Shown: positions 1-13,019 of the stretch, in pieces
How the letters are laid out: each line of letters opens with the position of its first letter
Position numbering within the stretch: the first letter of the stretch is position 1
NCBI RefSeq assembly: GCF_001194135.2
Contig: NC_068984.1
Span: 98,083,006-98,147,005, forward strand
Reading direction: 5' to 3'
Source of the DNA: Octopus bimaculoides
Taxonomy: Eukaryota
DNA length: 64,000 bases
The notes under the pieces: model-generated
What the model saw: the letters and a program-made list of their open reading frames with translations, nothing else
Told to the model about the DNA's origin: nothing
The model's database searches: none
Translations under genes and position numbers: made by a program

Positions 1-5
1 ATTAT

Positions 6-39
<34 letters not shown>

Positions 40-63
40 GGTGGTGGTGGTGGTGATGATATG
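6..63. repeat. Compound trinucleotide microsatellite (TAG)n(TGG)n(TGA)n
   Basis: Directly visible repeat tract. Confidence 0.9.
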
Positions 64-1011
64 ATTCAAGTGAACAATAGTATATAAATCAGAGGATACT
101 GGATTGTATTGTATGTGTTGACTATGGGAAACAGAAACTAAAAAAATTTTCTCAATTTTAATTGATAAAGTAACAAACTTTTTATGTAAGCTCCTCACAA
201 TAAATTTATCAAAATTATTAGAGCAATAAGTACACTCTTTTAAAAAGCCATTTAAAATTGTTCTCGAATAAATTGAAAAATATATTATCACTGATTAATG
301 ATTGGTGCCCTCTATTAAGTAATTTAGATTGTCACTAATACTTAATAGTCTGATAAACTCTTACATAATGGTCTCAGCTGTAACAGTCAGTTACTTTAGT
401 AAGTAAAATATTATGTGACTGTTCTAAATATTTTATCTTTAATTCACTGAATTACATCTGATTTCAACTATATCACATTCACATTGTACGTTTTAGCAGC
501 CAAGTGCCAATTCCCTTTCTGTAAGTGTTCAGCACACAAGCAGCACCCAAGTTCATCCGCTTTTTTGAAGTAAATAAAGAATTTATAAAAAATAAAAAAA
601 AATTAATGAAAACCTAAAACATAACTGTGAGATTTAATGAGCATTCCATACAACATAACATTTACTACTAATCATAACTAGGCATATTCCTTCGAAAAAT
701 GCAACATTATATAGGGACATTTCATAATGTCTGTAGAGGAAAAATGTACAAAAAAGCATTAACAAACAGCAATTCAATTTTTGTTGCAGGAAAGCTGTAC
801 AAAAGAATAATTAGATAACAAATATTTTAATACTTCAAAGACTAAATGATTGTTTTAGATTTTCTGTTGTGATGAAATTTAGCTAAATTTAAATGTATTT
901 AATGACATTTTCTCTCTTGTCCAAAGAATGAAAAATTCCTTGTTCTTAAAGAAATTTCTTGTGATGAATCAAAATAATGTAACATTTCTCTATCAGATCA
1001 GGTTTTTGCAT

Positions 1012-1140
1012 GGCAAGGGAGATCCAGGAAGACATGGGACAAAATATTGAAGGCTGATCTTAAGATGCTGAGATTTATGAAGATGACAAAGAATCGCGAT
1101 ATCTGACACCTTACTGTACTCAAGAAGACTTGTCTACCAT
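1012..1140 (+). mobile_element. RTE-clade LINE ORF2 C-terminal fragment (decayed)
   Basis: Translates as GRSRKTWDKILKADLKMLRFMKMTKNRDI*HLTVLKKT, matching GRPRKTWDEVVQHDLRTLGLTEAMTSDRDLWKYAVHEKT in the 16.9-17.0 kb copy. Confidence 0.65.
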
Positions 1141-1570
1141 AGCAGAATTGATATCTTAAAACCACCTTGGTAATGCTTGTCCATGAGGGGCTCTGCCCTG
1201 TTAATTTTCTTTTCCCCCCATATTTCATCCCCTAACGTCCATCACTTCTCTATCATTTAATAACAGAAAAGGTACAAAATACACACCTTAACTTTCTCAA
1301 TTATCTTTCTTCCTCCAAACCACTCCCATTTTCTTGTCCCACCTATTGTCTCCACCAATCACTTCTATACTGTACCCTCTCTCCCCTAGGCTGTTCTCAA
1401 TCATTAAGCTATCACTTCAATGCTCTCACATATCTACCATAACTGCTGCACCCCAAGCTTCTTCTATATTTCTCTCCATCATTTGCTACAGTCACATCAA
1501 ACCTGCCCACTCACCCAGTCCAAACCTCTATATTACCTCACTTATTCTCTCTACACTCAATGTTCTTTGA

Positions 1571-1755
1571 GGGCATGTCAGTGTTGGTGCCATATAAAAA
1601 GCACTCAGTAAAGTGGTTGGCATTAAGATGGACATTTGGCTGTAAAAACCAGGCCAAAATAGACAATGAAACCTGGTGTGGCTCCTGGTCAGCTTCTGTC
1701 AAACTGTCCAACCTATTGCCAGCATGGAATATGGATGTTAAACGATGATGATGAC
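1571..1755 (+). mobile_element. RTE LINE 3' end (5'-truncated) with (GAT)n tail
   Basis: Ends ccagcatggaatatggatgttaaacgatgatgatg, the same terminus as other copies in the window. Confidence 0.7.
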
Positions 1756-3164
1756 GAAATGCAATTTTTAAAGACCCATTTGGTTGTACATTTATTAAAA
1801 TACAAACAAAAAAACATAGTTGTATTTGTTGCCTACTATACCAGAATAGTTTTTGGTTGATTTCACAAAAAATTTCTGCAAATATTTTTTAAACTGATCC
1901 ACAAAACTTTCTCAACTTCATTCAAATCTCACCAGTTCTCTTATCTGAGGGCCTACAAAAATATTGTGTTCAATATTGGTTTCACTGAAATGGAGAAACT
2001 TATTTCTCAAACCCCTAAATGGCAAGATGGTCATAACTAGAACACCTTTGATTGCAGGTTTGGTGGATCAGGTGGTGGGTGGGGGTAAGGCAAACAATAA
2101 CGACAACAACCATGCTGTAGCTGATGATCTTACACTGTTACAAAGGATTATATCTATTGGGGAAAAACAGAGGCATCGTGAAAGTCAGGCCTTTCTCTAT
2201 AATATCAGAAAATAAGTGGATTCAACTTGGAATTGAAATTGGATTGCAGACTGCTCAGTGGCCACTTATAACTGCATAAATTTTTTAGACTTGTTCGACT
2301 AAATATAAAATACATATTCATGATCAATTAGTTGTTTTTTAAATGATTTGCCTTAACATTTGAAAAGATTATTCATGTGATGACTGATAATAAGATCGTG
2401 CTATGAGTAAACATGAAATGCTTATTCTTTCATAGAGAAGCAAAAACCCCTAAAAGTGATCACAATAAAAAAGGAAACATTCGACCAAGTAATAACAAAT
2501 GTATTATAACAAAGATTTCTTTAAAATTTTTAAGCCCCATTCAAAGTAACAAAAGCATCAAAATACTGAAATATTGCGGTCTTTTCCAAGGTCATGTTAT
2601 TCCACTGGGAATTAGAGCTTCATTTTTCCAAGAATTTATAATAAAAGAATTTCACACACAATGATAATAATTGAAACTAATAAAGAATATTTCTGCTTCA
2701 ATAACAAAATCTTAAGCAAGTAAAATGAAATGCTTTGTTAGTCAAAATATAATTGTATGAGTCAATAAAAGATCCTCAACATAATCACTTGACCTACAAG
2801 AAATGGCAAACAAATCATACCATAATTTAAAAGAGGAAACATTTGATAATGTAGTCTTAGATACTTTATGCCTCAATGAAATGCAACATGATCAAAGTTG
2901 GAAAGTCTTAAGTTTCTGTTGGATCAAGGCAACCTGAGGTTGAACAACTTATAGTTACAGAGTGGAAGCTTGTTAATTTGTGTATGCAGTCATTGCTTGT
3001 GGATGAAGATAATAATGACAGCAACAATATGCAATGAAACACAGGTAGCTTGACAGCCGTCCTATTGAGAGGAGAGCAGATATTACCTAAAATATGTTTC
3101 TCCTACTATTACTGCTGCTACTCTTCCTCTACTACTACTACTACTACAATCCCCCACCACCAAT

Positions 3165-3360
3165 AAGACTAACTGTTTCAAATTTTGGCATATTGCCAGT
3201 AATTTTAGGAAGGGAAAGCAAGTCAATTACATTGGCACTTTATTTTATCAACTCCAAAAGGATGAAATGAAAAGTTGACTTCAGAGGAATTTGAAATCTG
3301 AACATAAAGTGCCTGAAGAAATGCTGCTAAGTATTTTTTCTGAGGCTCTAACAATTCTGC
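3165..3360 (-). mobile_element. tRNA-derived SINE, family B (decayed)
   Basis: Homologous to the 5461-6090 copies (gatgaaa..aaagttgac..gaatttgaa..cagaac); minus strand has a degenerate A/B-box head. Confidence 0.65.
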
Positions 3361-4760
3361 TGGGGGCATAGAATTGCCAAATGGAGAAAGAATGGAAGAC
3401 CTGGATGATGATGGGTACAAGTGCCTTGGGATCCTGGAGCTGGACAATATCTTGCACAGAGAAAAGAAAGACAAGGTCATCACTGCACACTTCAAGTGCC
3501 TCAAACTTCTCTTGAAATCAAAGCTCAACTCAAGGAACTGTGTAACTGCCATCAACATATGGGCCATTGCTGTAGTCTGCTATAGTGCACTCATCTTGAA
3601 ATGGACACAAGCAGAGATTGACTAACTCGATTGCACTACCCAAAAGACAATGATAATGCATGGTGCCCTCCACCCTAAGGCAAATGTACACAGGCTCTAC
3701 ATGAAGAGAGGTAAGGGTGGATGTGGGCTGATTAGCATACAGGAGTGCATCAAAAAGAGGAAACATAGCAGAATATTTGGTAAATAGCAAAGAAAACCTG
3801 GTACAATATGCTGCTAGTGCAGGAAGAGTTAACAAAAATGGACTTGAGAGTGCTCATAAATTCCAAACAATAGCAGCTAACGAGAGAGAAGAAACCCATC
3901 TCTTATGGAATTACATGGTCAGTTCCACTGTGAAACCAACAAATTAAAAGACCAGGGAGCATCATGGAGGTGGCTCCAGAAGGGTGATCTAAAAAAGAAT
4001 ACTGAAGGCCTAATTATCGTGGTCCAGGACCAGGCATTTAATACCAACTCAGTGAAAAAGAATATATACCACACAAGTGCATTGGACCTCTGCAGAATAT
4101 GTGGAAAGAGGGTTGAAAGTGTGATTCATATTTTTAGTGCTTGTGAAAGTCTTGCGCAGAAAGTGTACAAGCGTAGACATGGAGTAGCCCAAAACTTACA
4201 CTGGCTACTATGCCATAAGTATGGATATGAGGTTACGGGTGCTTGGTACCAACATACACTGGAAAAGGTAATGGATGAAAAGGAGAAGGCAAAAATCCTC
4301 TGGGACTTTGATTTCCAGACAGACAATGTGTTAGAGCACGAAAGGCCGGATATAGTAACCTTTGAGAGGGACAAACAATAGTGCCTAATAATCGACATAG
4401 TAGTGCCAGGAGATCAACATATCATCATTAGAGAAAGAGAAAAAGTTGATAAATATGGAGACCTGAGAATTGAGATCGCTAAGATGTGGCACCTACAAGA
4501 GTCGAACATAAAGGTTATCCCTATTGTCATCGGAGCAATGGGCTCAATACCACCCAATCTGAAAAAAACATCTGAAAACCTTAGAGATATCCTACAATTT
4601 AGATGTATTGCAAAAGTCAGCATTACTTGGAACTGCACACATGTTGCGTAAAGTACTGTCTGTCTGAGGTCTGTGTTGTGACTTGACAAACAGTACAAAC
4701 CCCCAGTAGATACAATATCTTCAATCAACAACCTCACAATATTGTATACTGTGCAACATC

Positions 4761-4795
<35 letters not shown>
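3361..4795 (+). mobile_element. 5'-truncated R4/Dong-clade non-LTR retrotransposon (RT thumb, CCHC knuckle, restriction-like endonuclease), frameshifted, (TAA)n at 3' end
   Basis: ORF fragments 3374-3625, 3905-4381 and 4403-4651 give YKCLGILE, LHGQF, CRICGKRVESVIHIFSAC (C-x2-C-x8-H-x4-C), RPDIVTFERDKQ*CLIIDIVVPGD (PD..D) and EKVDKYGDL. A short 3'UTR follows, then (TAA)n. Confidence 0.85.
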
Positions 4796-4798
<3 letters not shown>

Positions 4799-4804
4799 CA
4801 ACAA

Positions 4805-5463
4805 CTAGAAAAGCACTCGGAGAGCACAGACCTCTGCCAAGCAGCTCATTTTCACCCATATACACGCATGCAGAAAATTGCCCAATTTCCCAAACCGACG
4901 CTGGCAAAAACATAACTTCCTTGGCGGGGTTTAAAAAAAAAAATAACACAGCCATATGATTTTAAAAAAAGAAAAAAACTTTAAAAACAGGAATCATCTG
5001 AAGCAGTTATATAATACATCAATGACAACAGCAAGCTTGTTTCACAGCGGCAGTGGAGGAAGCAAAGCCTGAGATTTTTGAGTTAATTCAAATAGTCAAG
5101 GCTTGTCATGTCATCCTCTGCAGACCTCCATCAAGCAGCTCATTTTAAGATTGATATGAGAGTAAAATTACTAATAGAGAAACGAAAATAAACTTTGGAA
5201 ACAGCAACGCCACCATAGTGGAAATGATGTGTTTTCAAGGGAGACAATCAAAGAATGTAACATTGTAATACTTCAAGTAAATATAACATAAAAATTCACA
5301 TATCACCACCAAAATTTCATCATCTGTTCCTTGTGTCATTACCAACTTTTCCTCTAAGTTTCATCAAATACCGTATACAACTTTTTGAGTTATTTTACAC
5401 ACAGATGGACAAACGGACAAACCAATGCTGATGAAAACATAACTTCCTTCGTCGGCAGAGGTA
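4805..5463 (-). mobile_element. Helentron-associated (HINE/DINE-1-like) non-autonomous element with an internal partial duplicate end
   Basis: Subterminal inverted repeat ACCTCTGCC (4830-4838) / GGCAGAGGT (5454-5462). Minus strand begins TTACCTCTGCC..GGAAGTTATGTTTTC, then GTCC-type repeats and ATAACTCAAAAAGTT..GATGAAACTT, as in DINE-1-like elements. Confidence 0.55.
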
Positions 5464-6090
5464 ATAATCCTTTCTACTGTAGGCACAAAGCCTAAAATTT
5501 GGGGGTAAGGAGATAGACGATAAGATCAACCCCAGTGCATAACTGGTATTTATTTCATCAACCTTGAAAGGATGAAAGGCAAAATTGACTTTGGTAGAAT
5601 TTGAACTCAGAACATAAGGATGGATGAAATGCCGCTAAGCATTTTGCCCAGCAAGCAAACGATTCTGCCAGCTTGCTGTTTTTATAATAAGAGTAATAAT
5701 CCTTTCTACTATAGGCACAAGCCTGGATTTTGTGGGGAGGGGAACAGTTGGTCACATCGACCCCAGTACTGAACTGGTACTTAATTTATCAACCTTGAAA
5801 AGATGAAAGGCAAAGTCAACCTAGGCAGAATTTTGAACTCAAAACGTAAAATAGACAAAATACCCAGTGTGTAAACGATTCTACCAGCTCACCACATAAT
5901 AAATAATAATGGTTTCAAATTTCGGTACAAGGCCTGCAATTTTGGGAAAGGAGGTAAGTTGATTACATTGACTCCAGTGCTCAACTGGTACTTATTTTAC
6001 TGATCCCAAAAGAATGAAAGGCAAAGTCAACCCTAACAGAATTTGAACGCAGAATGTAAGGACAGATGAAATACCACTAAGCATGTTGCA
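5461..6090 (-). mobile_element. Three head-to-tail tRNA-derived SINEs, family B (about 5461-5678, 5694-5897, 5903-6090)
   Basis: Three consecutive homologous units, each opening with aataat on plus (sense tail ATTATT). Minus-strand heads contain TGGCAGAATCGTT (A box) and GAGTTCAAA (B box). Confidence 0.8.
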
Positions 6091-6794
6091 ACTCTTGGGA
6101 TAAAAAAATTAAATTTCAAATTTTTTCCACATACTGAATATTTTCAAATTGAATATTTTAGAATACAAACAAATCAAAAACAAGAAGGGATAATTTGTTT
6201 TGTGTATACTTCCTTTCTTTCTGTTAAATAACAATCAGAAGAAATATATAGCCCTAATATTAATGTAATGAATGGGAAGAAAGCAAATTTTCATTAACAT
6301 ATGCTGCTAGTATTTGTATTTTGAACTGCTTAATAATAATAGCAACCAACACTAAAAGGAAATAGTCTTGCTATATGCTTGCATGTGTGAATGAATTTCT
6401 TATGAAACCTCAATGAATAAAGATGGGTTGCACACCTAATTTTTAAATAACAAATTTTAAAAATCTACATAAATGTAAAGTTCTTTTGCTTAGTAACCAG
6501 TGATAAAAAAAAAAAAGTGTTGTTACTAGCTTTAATAATTTCTGAGATATCAGATTGACTATTACATTGAGGCATTCATTCAAGCCAACAAATCTCACAA
6601 TAGGGACATGTAACTTTTGTGCGGTTGTATTATCAGAATTATTATTATAAAAATTGCCAACTATCTGTAAAATTGTTTATGGAATCAATCTTTATAAATA
6701 TACAGTAAAACAGTGTAAAGAAGTTAACAGACTAGAGTTTTGATCCCTGCCTTCATTCACACTATATAGCACCCAGTAAACATTAAAATTTGCT

Positions 6795-7085
6795 GAATTG
6801 TAGCTATGAGATAAAGCACAATTAACTCTGAACAATGTCAATAAATAGACTTTGACAGAGTAATCTGAATGGTAAAGGATAAATCTATTACCTCACAGCT
6901 TCAACATTTTAACGATGTGATTGCTTATTCTTAGAATGACATTGCAGAGCAGATGTGAAAGGCAAGATCTAGCTGGTTTGAACATACAACCAGCAAGTAA
7001 AATATCTGGACCTGATACTACCAGTTTAAACCTACCACAAATAGAATATTTGGACCTGATATAGACAGTTTAAAAGCTAAATAGC
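6795..7085. mobile_element. Rearranged piggyBac-family MITE (left end inverted, right end forward)
   Basis: Reverse complement of about 6825-6882 aligns to the piggyBac left end at 46204-46265. 6888-6985 aligns forward to the right subterminal region at 48610-48710. Confidence 0.6.
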
Positions 7086-7324
7086 TCAGTAAATAAATTC
7101 ATAAAAGTAACTAGTTAGTGGATACATTGATATAATATATAAAGAAGGTGTACTTAAATATATAACACACGAAATAAGTACAATTGTTACATATCAGAGG
7201 TGGAATACAAGAGTAGAACATCAAAGGTGTGGAACAATATATAATGTATCCATAATGGGCTACAACAATATTGCACTACTAAGTTATATATGTCTAATGA
7301 GACTGTACAATGATAGGGTAGTAC

Positions 7325-7605
7325 AATCATCATTATCATTGTTTAACACCTGGTTTCCATGCTGGCATGGATTGGATGGTTTGACTGAGGATTGGTAAGC
7401 CAGGAGGCTTCACTAGGCTTCAATCTGATCTGGCAAGGTTTCTACAGCTGGATACCCTTCCTAATGTCAATCACTCCGAGAGTGTAGTGGATGCATTTAC
7501 ATGCTACTGGCATGGGGGCCAGTCAGGTGCCAACAACTATGCTCCAATGGTGCTCTTTAAATGCGACCAACACAGAACCAGTCAGGCAACACTGGCAATG
7601 ACATG
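7325..7605 (-). mobile_element. RTE LINE 3' end fragment
   Basis: catcatt..gtttaacacc..tttccatgctggcatggg..ctacagctggatacccttcc, homologous to 16263-16500. Confidence 0.8.
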
Positions 7606-9987
7606 AAATAAATGATAGCTGAGGTTCAAAATGAATTTAACTTGTTACTTCAACTATTTTAGCAACTTCTCTGCTAGCAGTTATCAGTTATTTACTATCA
7701 CCAACTCAAATGATTTTATGCATAAGAAAACATCTACCACACACATCTTATGAAGAGGATGCAGAAGAGAAAAAAAAAATAAATAAGAACAGCTGTTGAA
7801 ACACAATGCCAGTAGTAAAACAAAGATATTAAAGGAGTGAAAAGGCTGAAATAAAACAGGAGTAAGCTCAGGGATAAGGCACATCAGTAGAAAATGTCTG
7901 ATGATATAGTCAGCTCACTTCACTAAACTTACTGATTTCTAAAAGAAAGCCATGAACATTGCACAAGATCATCCTACTGCCAATTCTATACAGGTGTTAA
8001 CCTAGTTTTTCAATTAGAAATCTATCAACTGATTGATTGAACATACACAATATGAATCTTCCCCAACCCTACTCCCTCTCACTGACTTTGTACTTTAGTC
8101 AGAAATATCACATCATGACTGATTACATCCCGCCCTTTGCCTAATAGAAAAATATTCTAAGTTCACTGAGAGCAAATAACCATTTATATGAGATTAATTA
8201 ACAAATCAACAAGGTTCACTTCTGTCTGAGAGGTAAACATAAAAAAGATTGAAAATAATTTTTAAAATTTGTTTAGACAAAATGATAAGAGAAGCAGGGT
8301 CAATGATTATGACCTTTACAAATCTCTCAAATTGATGATATCAATGTTCACTTTACTCTTGGTATGTATTGGTAAGAAAAACAATGAGAGTAATTGGAGA
8401 GGCTTACGCGGGTTTACTAAAGGAGGAAGGAGCCCACCCTCCTTCAAAATGCTTAGTACAAAGGCATGAATGTCTGGGAAGAAAATCAAGAATATACAAT
8501 TAAAAGAAAAAGAAGATCACAAGTTAACATGAAATAAAAGTAAAAACAAAACTGTAAAATTCAAAAATAAAATATTTTGCTGTTTTAGAAACATTTGCAT
8601 CAACCACTTTTGTCATAATCATAACCATCATGATAGTCATTTTTACATCCAATTTTTTCCATGCTGGTAGGAGTTGGATGAAAGTTTCTTCAGGAACTAT
8701 TCTAATTCTAAGGCTCTTCCTCTATTTGTTTTTCAAGGAAACTATTTTTTTTTCCTACTGGTCTCAGTATGAAAGTGGTAAAACTGCCAAGCTACAGGAA
8801 TATTATTTACAAGGGATGTAAATACTGTTTTTATTCACATGATGTCAATGTGAAGATACACAAAAATATTCTCATTACATAATTAATTTCTATACATTTT
8901 CCATCTACCAAATTTCACTAACAAAGCATCGGCCAACCTGAGGCTACAGAAGAGGATGCTTGCCAAAACTGATATGCAGTGGGAAGGAATCTGAAACTAC
9001 ATGGCTGCAAAGTGAATGCCTTCAGCACAGCTGTGTCTGAGCTTATCACAATTTAAATATTGCTCCTGCTTTTGAGTAATCAACTGAAATGAACCAAGGA
9101 GTGTTGTGCCTTGCTCTTGAGCAAAAACAAAAAAGTTGTGCTAAGTTTGAACTTGTGATCATAATCATAATAAATCTTAAACTACAAAATATTAAATCAA
9201 ATAAAATTATATGGGTCAGTTAGTCAGTATTTATTTTTCTTCATGTGAGTTAAATACAACTAAATGCTTATATATATATATGGGGTCCGAAATGATGCAA
9301 AAAACAAAAGACAGAGATCGGTGAAGTAACAACAAACTAGGTGCATAAGCTTGATGGCCACGAAAAATGGAGGAAGTCTTTAGCATTTTGGGCCTATGCT
9401 CTTCTATAGAAAGAGATGAAGAGAAGAAACAGGTGGAGAGAGGAAAAAATGGAGAGAGAAAAAAACCATGTCTGGATTAACACTTGCACAAAAATATATA
9501 ATTTATTCTGCTGAAACATTTTTATAACATTCCTTTTGGTGGTGGTGGAGGGATTATTTCACCCCAATTTTCCTATCCTGACTTTTGTGTAGGCATTATT
9601 TTTGAAAAGCTAACTTCATTATTTCCACATTACTGTCTCTTCAGTGCTATTCCAACTGCCTTTCCAGGTGAAGTAATTAATTGTATATTCTCTGAACTAG
9701 GGCTCAGAATTCCCTCTTCACTTAAGTTGCTACTGCAGACATCAGCTTACAACTGTATCAGACTCACCAGGTTTGGTAGGTATACAAAAGTGATCAGCCA
9801 ACTATTTACCAGTAATTTACAGTGTAAGAGTAGCAGAGTTATGTGCTGTATCCAAGAGTAAAAAATACTAATTAGAAATAATAATTTGAAAGACAAATAT
9901 TAAATGAGCTCAGTTAAAAATAAAGGAATGGAGCAATACAATAAGTGAAACTGAGAAAAACAAATTTGTAATACAGAAGTTATTTAC

Positions 9988-10270
9988 CTGCAGGAAATAA
10001 TGCAATCCAATCATTTGCTGTGACATCCTCCTTGATGTCCCATTCCACTATAACTTGACTGTCAGAACCCAAGGTAAATTCCTCTTTATCCAATGTAAGA
10101 CTTGATCGAGTCTCAGGACTCCAAAGAGCAAGGTTAGAATCACTGTTGGATCTTTCATGAAGAGTCAGTTTGCCAACGCTTGGAATTCCACAACTTCGGC
10201 TTGTTGGCAGAGATAAGTCATCAACAAAATTAAACTCTGAACTTGTATGAAAGGGAACAGCCTTGGCCAT
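9988..10270 (-). CDS. HECW2: Probable first coding exon of a HECW1/HECW2-like E3 ubiquitin ligase (HECW_N domain); remaining exons not found in the window
   Basis: RSNSDSNLALWSPETRSSLTLDKEEFTLGSDSQVIVEWDIKEDVTANDWIALF matches vertebrate HECW2 as I recall it ([44 protein letters not shown]). The ATG has a good Kozak context (acaATGG) with an in-frame stop just upstream. Donor GCAG|gtaaat has GT at 9987-9986 (phase 1). Invertebrates usually have one HECW, so the paralog number is nominal. Confidence 0.85.
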
Positions 10271-10369
10271 TGTTTAAGAAACAATGTGAGGTTAAGAGGA
10301 ACATCCATGTGTTGTGGTTTCCATATCGGGTGGCCTCACTATGTGTTCCATCAAGACCAAAATGTTTGT
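10271..10369 (-). other. Putative 5'UTR part of the same exon, containing uORFs
   Basis: Candidate acceptor tattttataag| with AG at 10371-10370. uORF MEHIVRPPDMETTTHGCSS* at 10351-10292. Confidence 0.45.
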
Positions 10370-12278
10370 CTTATAAAATATACATAAGAGAAAAAAAAAT
10401 GAATTAATAAAAAAGTAGAGTATGCTTATTGTCAGGAAGGAACCAACAGATTAGAACCCCCCATATTGATCTCCAGGGTTAAAAATGCTTCCAATGAAAA
10501 AGTGTTCATGCCATAATATTTGTTTCTGAAAAACAAAATAAAGAAAAGTTACAATTATATATACGTATGTACATTACAATTATATACATACAAACAAGTG
10601 TGTGTCTGTGTTTGTGTACTATATCAATGGAAATTAAACTACAGGGGAGTGTAAAATAAAGAATTATCCAGAAAAGATAACCATTAGAAATTTTGTGACA
10701 GAGAGGACGAGAGGTGATTGAAAGTAAGAGATGTGTACGTGTGAGATTAGAGCAAGAAACTTCGTAGTGATTAAAAAACAGTGAAATGTTTAAAACAATT
10801 GTTTGCATCTGTCTTCATCTCCAAGCAGTAACGTCTGGGTTTGAAGTGTTAAAATACTCAACAAAATAAATTAAAGGGGACAAGTTTGATCAGATGAATA
10901 TGCCACCAAGAACAATTTCTTTAACAGTTATTGTTTTCTTTTGTCGTCGTCATCATGCTCATTTTCACATCCACATTTCCATACTTGTGTTTAAAGGATG
11001 AGTCTTCTCCAGTACCAAATTTCAGCACCCTGAGATCAGCTTTCACTACTTTTTCCCATGTCTCTCTCTTCCACAGGTTCCTTTCACTTTAGTTGCTTGG
11101 CATTTCTTTACCCAACAGTCATCATTCATACATATCAGATCTTTAAATCATTTCAGTCTCCTCTCTTGCATACCACTGTTATTTCTCCTACACCCAATTT
11201 GTCGCAGTTCATTTTTGCACACCCACCGCTTTCTACCTATGCTTATTTACATGACAGTTATATGCAATTTAACTAAAGGTTGTATCATATGTACAGGATA
11301 TTTTTTTTGTTTATGGGAAAAATGGAAAAATAATAATAAATATTTATTTTATGAGTGCTGTGAATCAAGTTCATAAAATTGTGCATAAAGTATATTAAGT
11401 GAATATATAAAGTACATTAAGTAATCATCGTATTCCAATTTCTTTCACTTCTCAATGAGTAGCAGATGAGTGACTAATTTTTTCATATAGACACAACACA
11501 GGCTATGCTTTCAGGTTTTTAGGATAAAGTTTTCAGAAATAACCCAATAGGTCTACCATTAATTCTGTGAAATATTCACGGGTCCCACTAGGATGTAATA
11601 AATATAAAACATAATCAAATTCACAAACTAATTATTAAAGAAACAATACTGTAAATGGATCAACAGAAAATTTTTGCTAAAAAAGTTCATTTATTAACAT
11701 GTTAAGCCAGTAACTGTAAAGAGTAAAACTAATAACAACAGTGAAGGAGATAATTCATTGTATTCAAGTATTAGTATATTATCTAATAATGGACATGGGT
11801 ATATAGAAAAGCAACGTAATGTAATGGTATAATTCATCTTATCTTGATAATAACTTTAATGCAGCTACAAAAATCAATACAGTAATACATTTTTTTCTTT
11901 CTTTCAAGCCTCCCACGTATGTTTACCTAAAGCAGCTGTATAAAATACTAGAGCTTTGAACTAGTTTGCTTAATGAACAAGTAAGACTTTGTAATAATAT
12001 AAATTCCCATCAGTAAAAACTGAGAGATGCTGAGAGGAAGTGGTGGGGGAGAGATAGTGATTAATGAGTTAAACTTGTCCTTTCTCTCTATGGAGGAAGT
12101 ACATAATATCAGCAAATCTGTAAAGTTTTCCAGTTTGGATTCTGTTAAGTTCAGCCTATAAAGTTTTATCATGTAGATTTATGTAATAATGGCTACCAAG
12201 TATAATAAACAGTTGATCTCTTTTTTTTTTTTTTTCTGCATGTGAAGTTATTGTGTATATAAAAACAAAGTATTTGGT

Positions 12279-12655
12279 ATGGCTGTGTGATAAGCTTGCT
12301 TCCCAACTGCATGGTTCTGGGTTCAGTCCCACTGCATAACATCTTGGGAAAGTGTCTTCTACTTATAGCTCTGTGCTGCTCAAAGCCTTGTGAGTGGATT
12401 TGGTAAGCAGAAGCTGAAAGAAGCATGTTGTATGTGTGTGTTTGTTTTTGTCCCCTACCAACATTTGACAACTGGTAGATGGTGTGCTTATGTTCTTTTA
12501 ACTTAGCAATTAGGCAAGAGACCAATAGAATAAGACCAGGTTTACAAAAAAAAAAAAAAAAAAAAAAGTACTGAGGTTGATTCATTCACTAAAGATTCTT
12601 CAAAGTGGTGCCCCAGCATGGCAGCAGTCTTAATGACTGAAACAGGTAAAAGATC
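12279..12655 (+). mobile_element. tRNA-derived SINE, family A
   Basis: ggctgtgtgataagcttgct..ggttctgggttcagtccc head, cttgggaaagtgtcttc core, aatgactgaaacaggtaaaaga end; same family as 28391-28790. Confidence 0.8.
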
Positions 12656-13019
12656 TGTTTGCAGTGTTCATTAAAATCTATAGATATATTCTGCAGTACA
12701 GTATAACATATATATCTAGTCTGGCTGTTAACAACTCCCATCCATCATACTTGCATCATGTAAATGACTTTACATCAGTAATAATTTGTTTTTCATTAAA
12801 AAATTTACTTTTTGTAGATTTGATGTAAGCAACTCCAATGAGTCTTGAGAAGATGAAATGGGTTGATTGCTATTTCACTTGTACTTAAAGATTTTGTCAC
12901 CCATTCACATTATATTTTCACTGCAGGACTAAATGTATGTTTATTAAACATACTCTTTATGATTTCCTACACACTTTTATCTTAGACAATGCCATGTAGG
13001 TGCTTTTATTAGTGTGTGT

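Noticed and set aside
2160-2190. KNRG peptide resembling the next HECW exon
   Set aside because: It is on the plus strand, opposite to the gene, and the flanking residues do not match.
9340-9420. Possible hammerhead ribozyme / Penelope-like end (minus strand ..ctatagaagagcataggcccaaaatg..)
   Set aside because: The CUGANGA and GAAA cores are not intact; the resemblance depends on an assumed ancestral sequence.
9690-9860. Possible minus-strand exon ending at ctg|gtgagt near 9767
   Set aside because: The translation has no HECW similarity; isolated splice-like motifs are common by chance.
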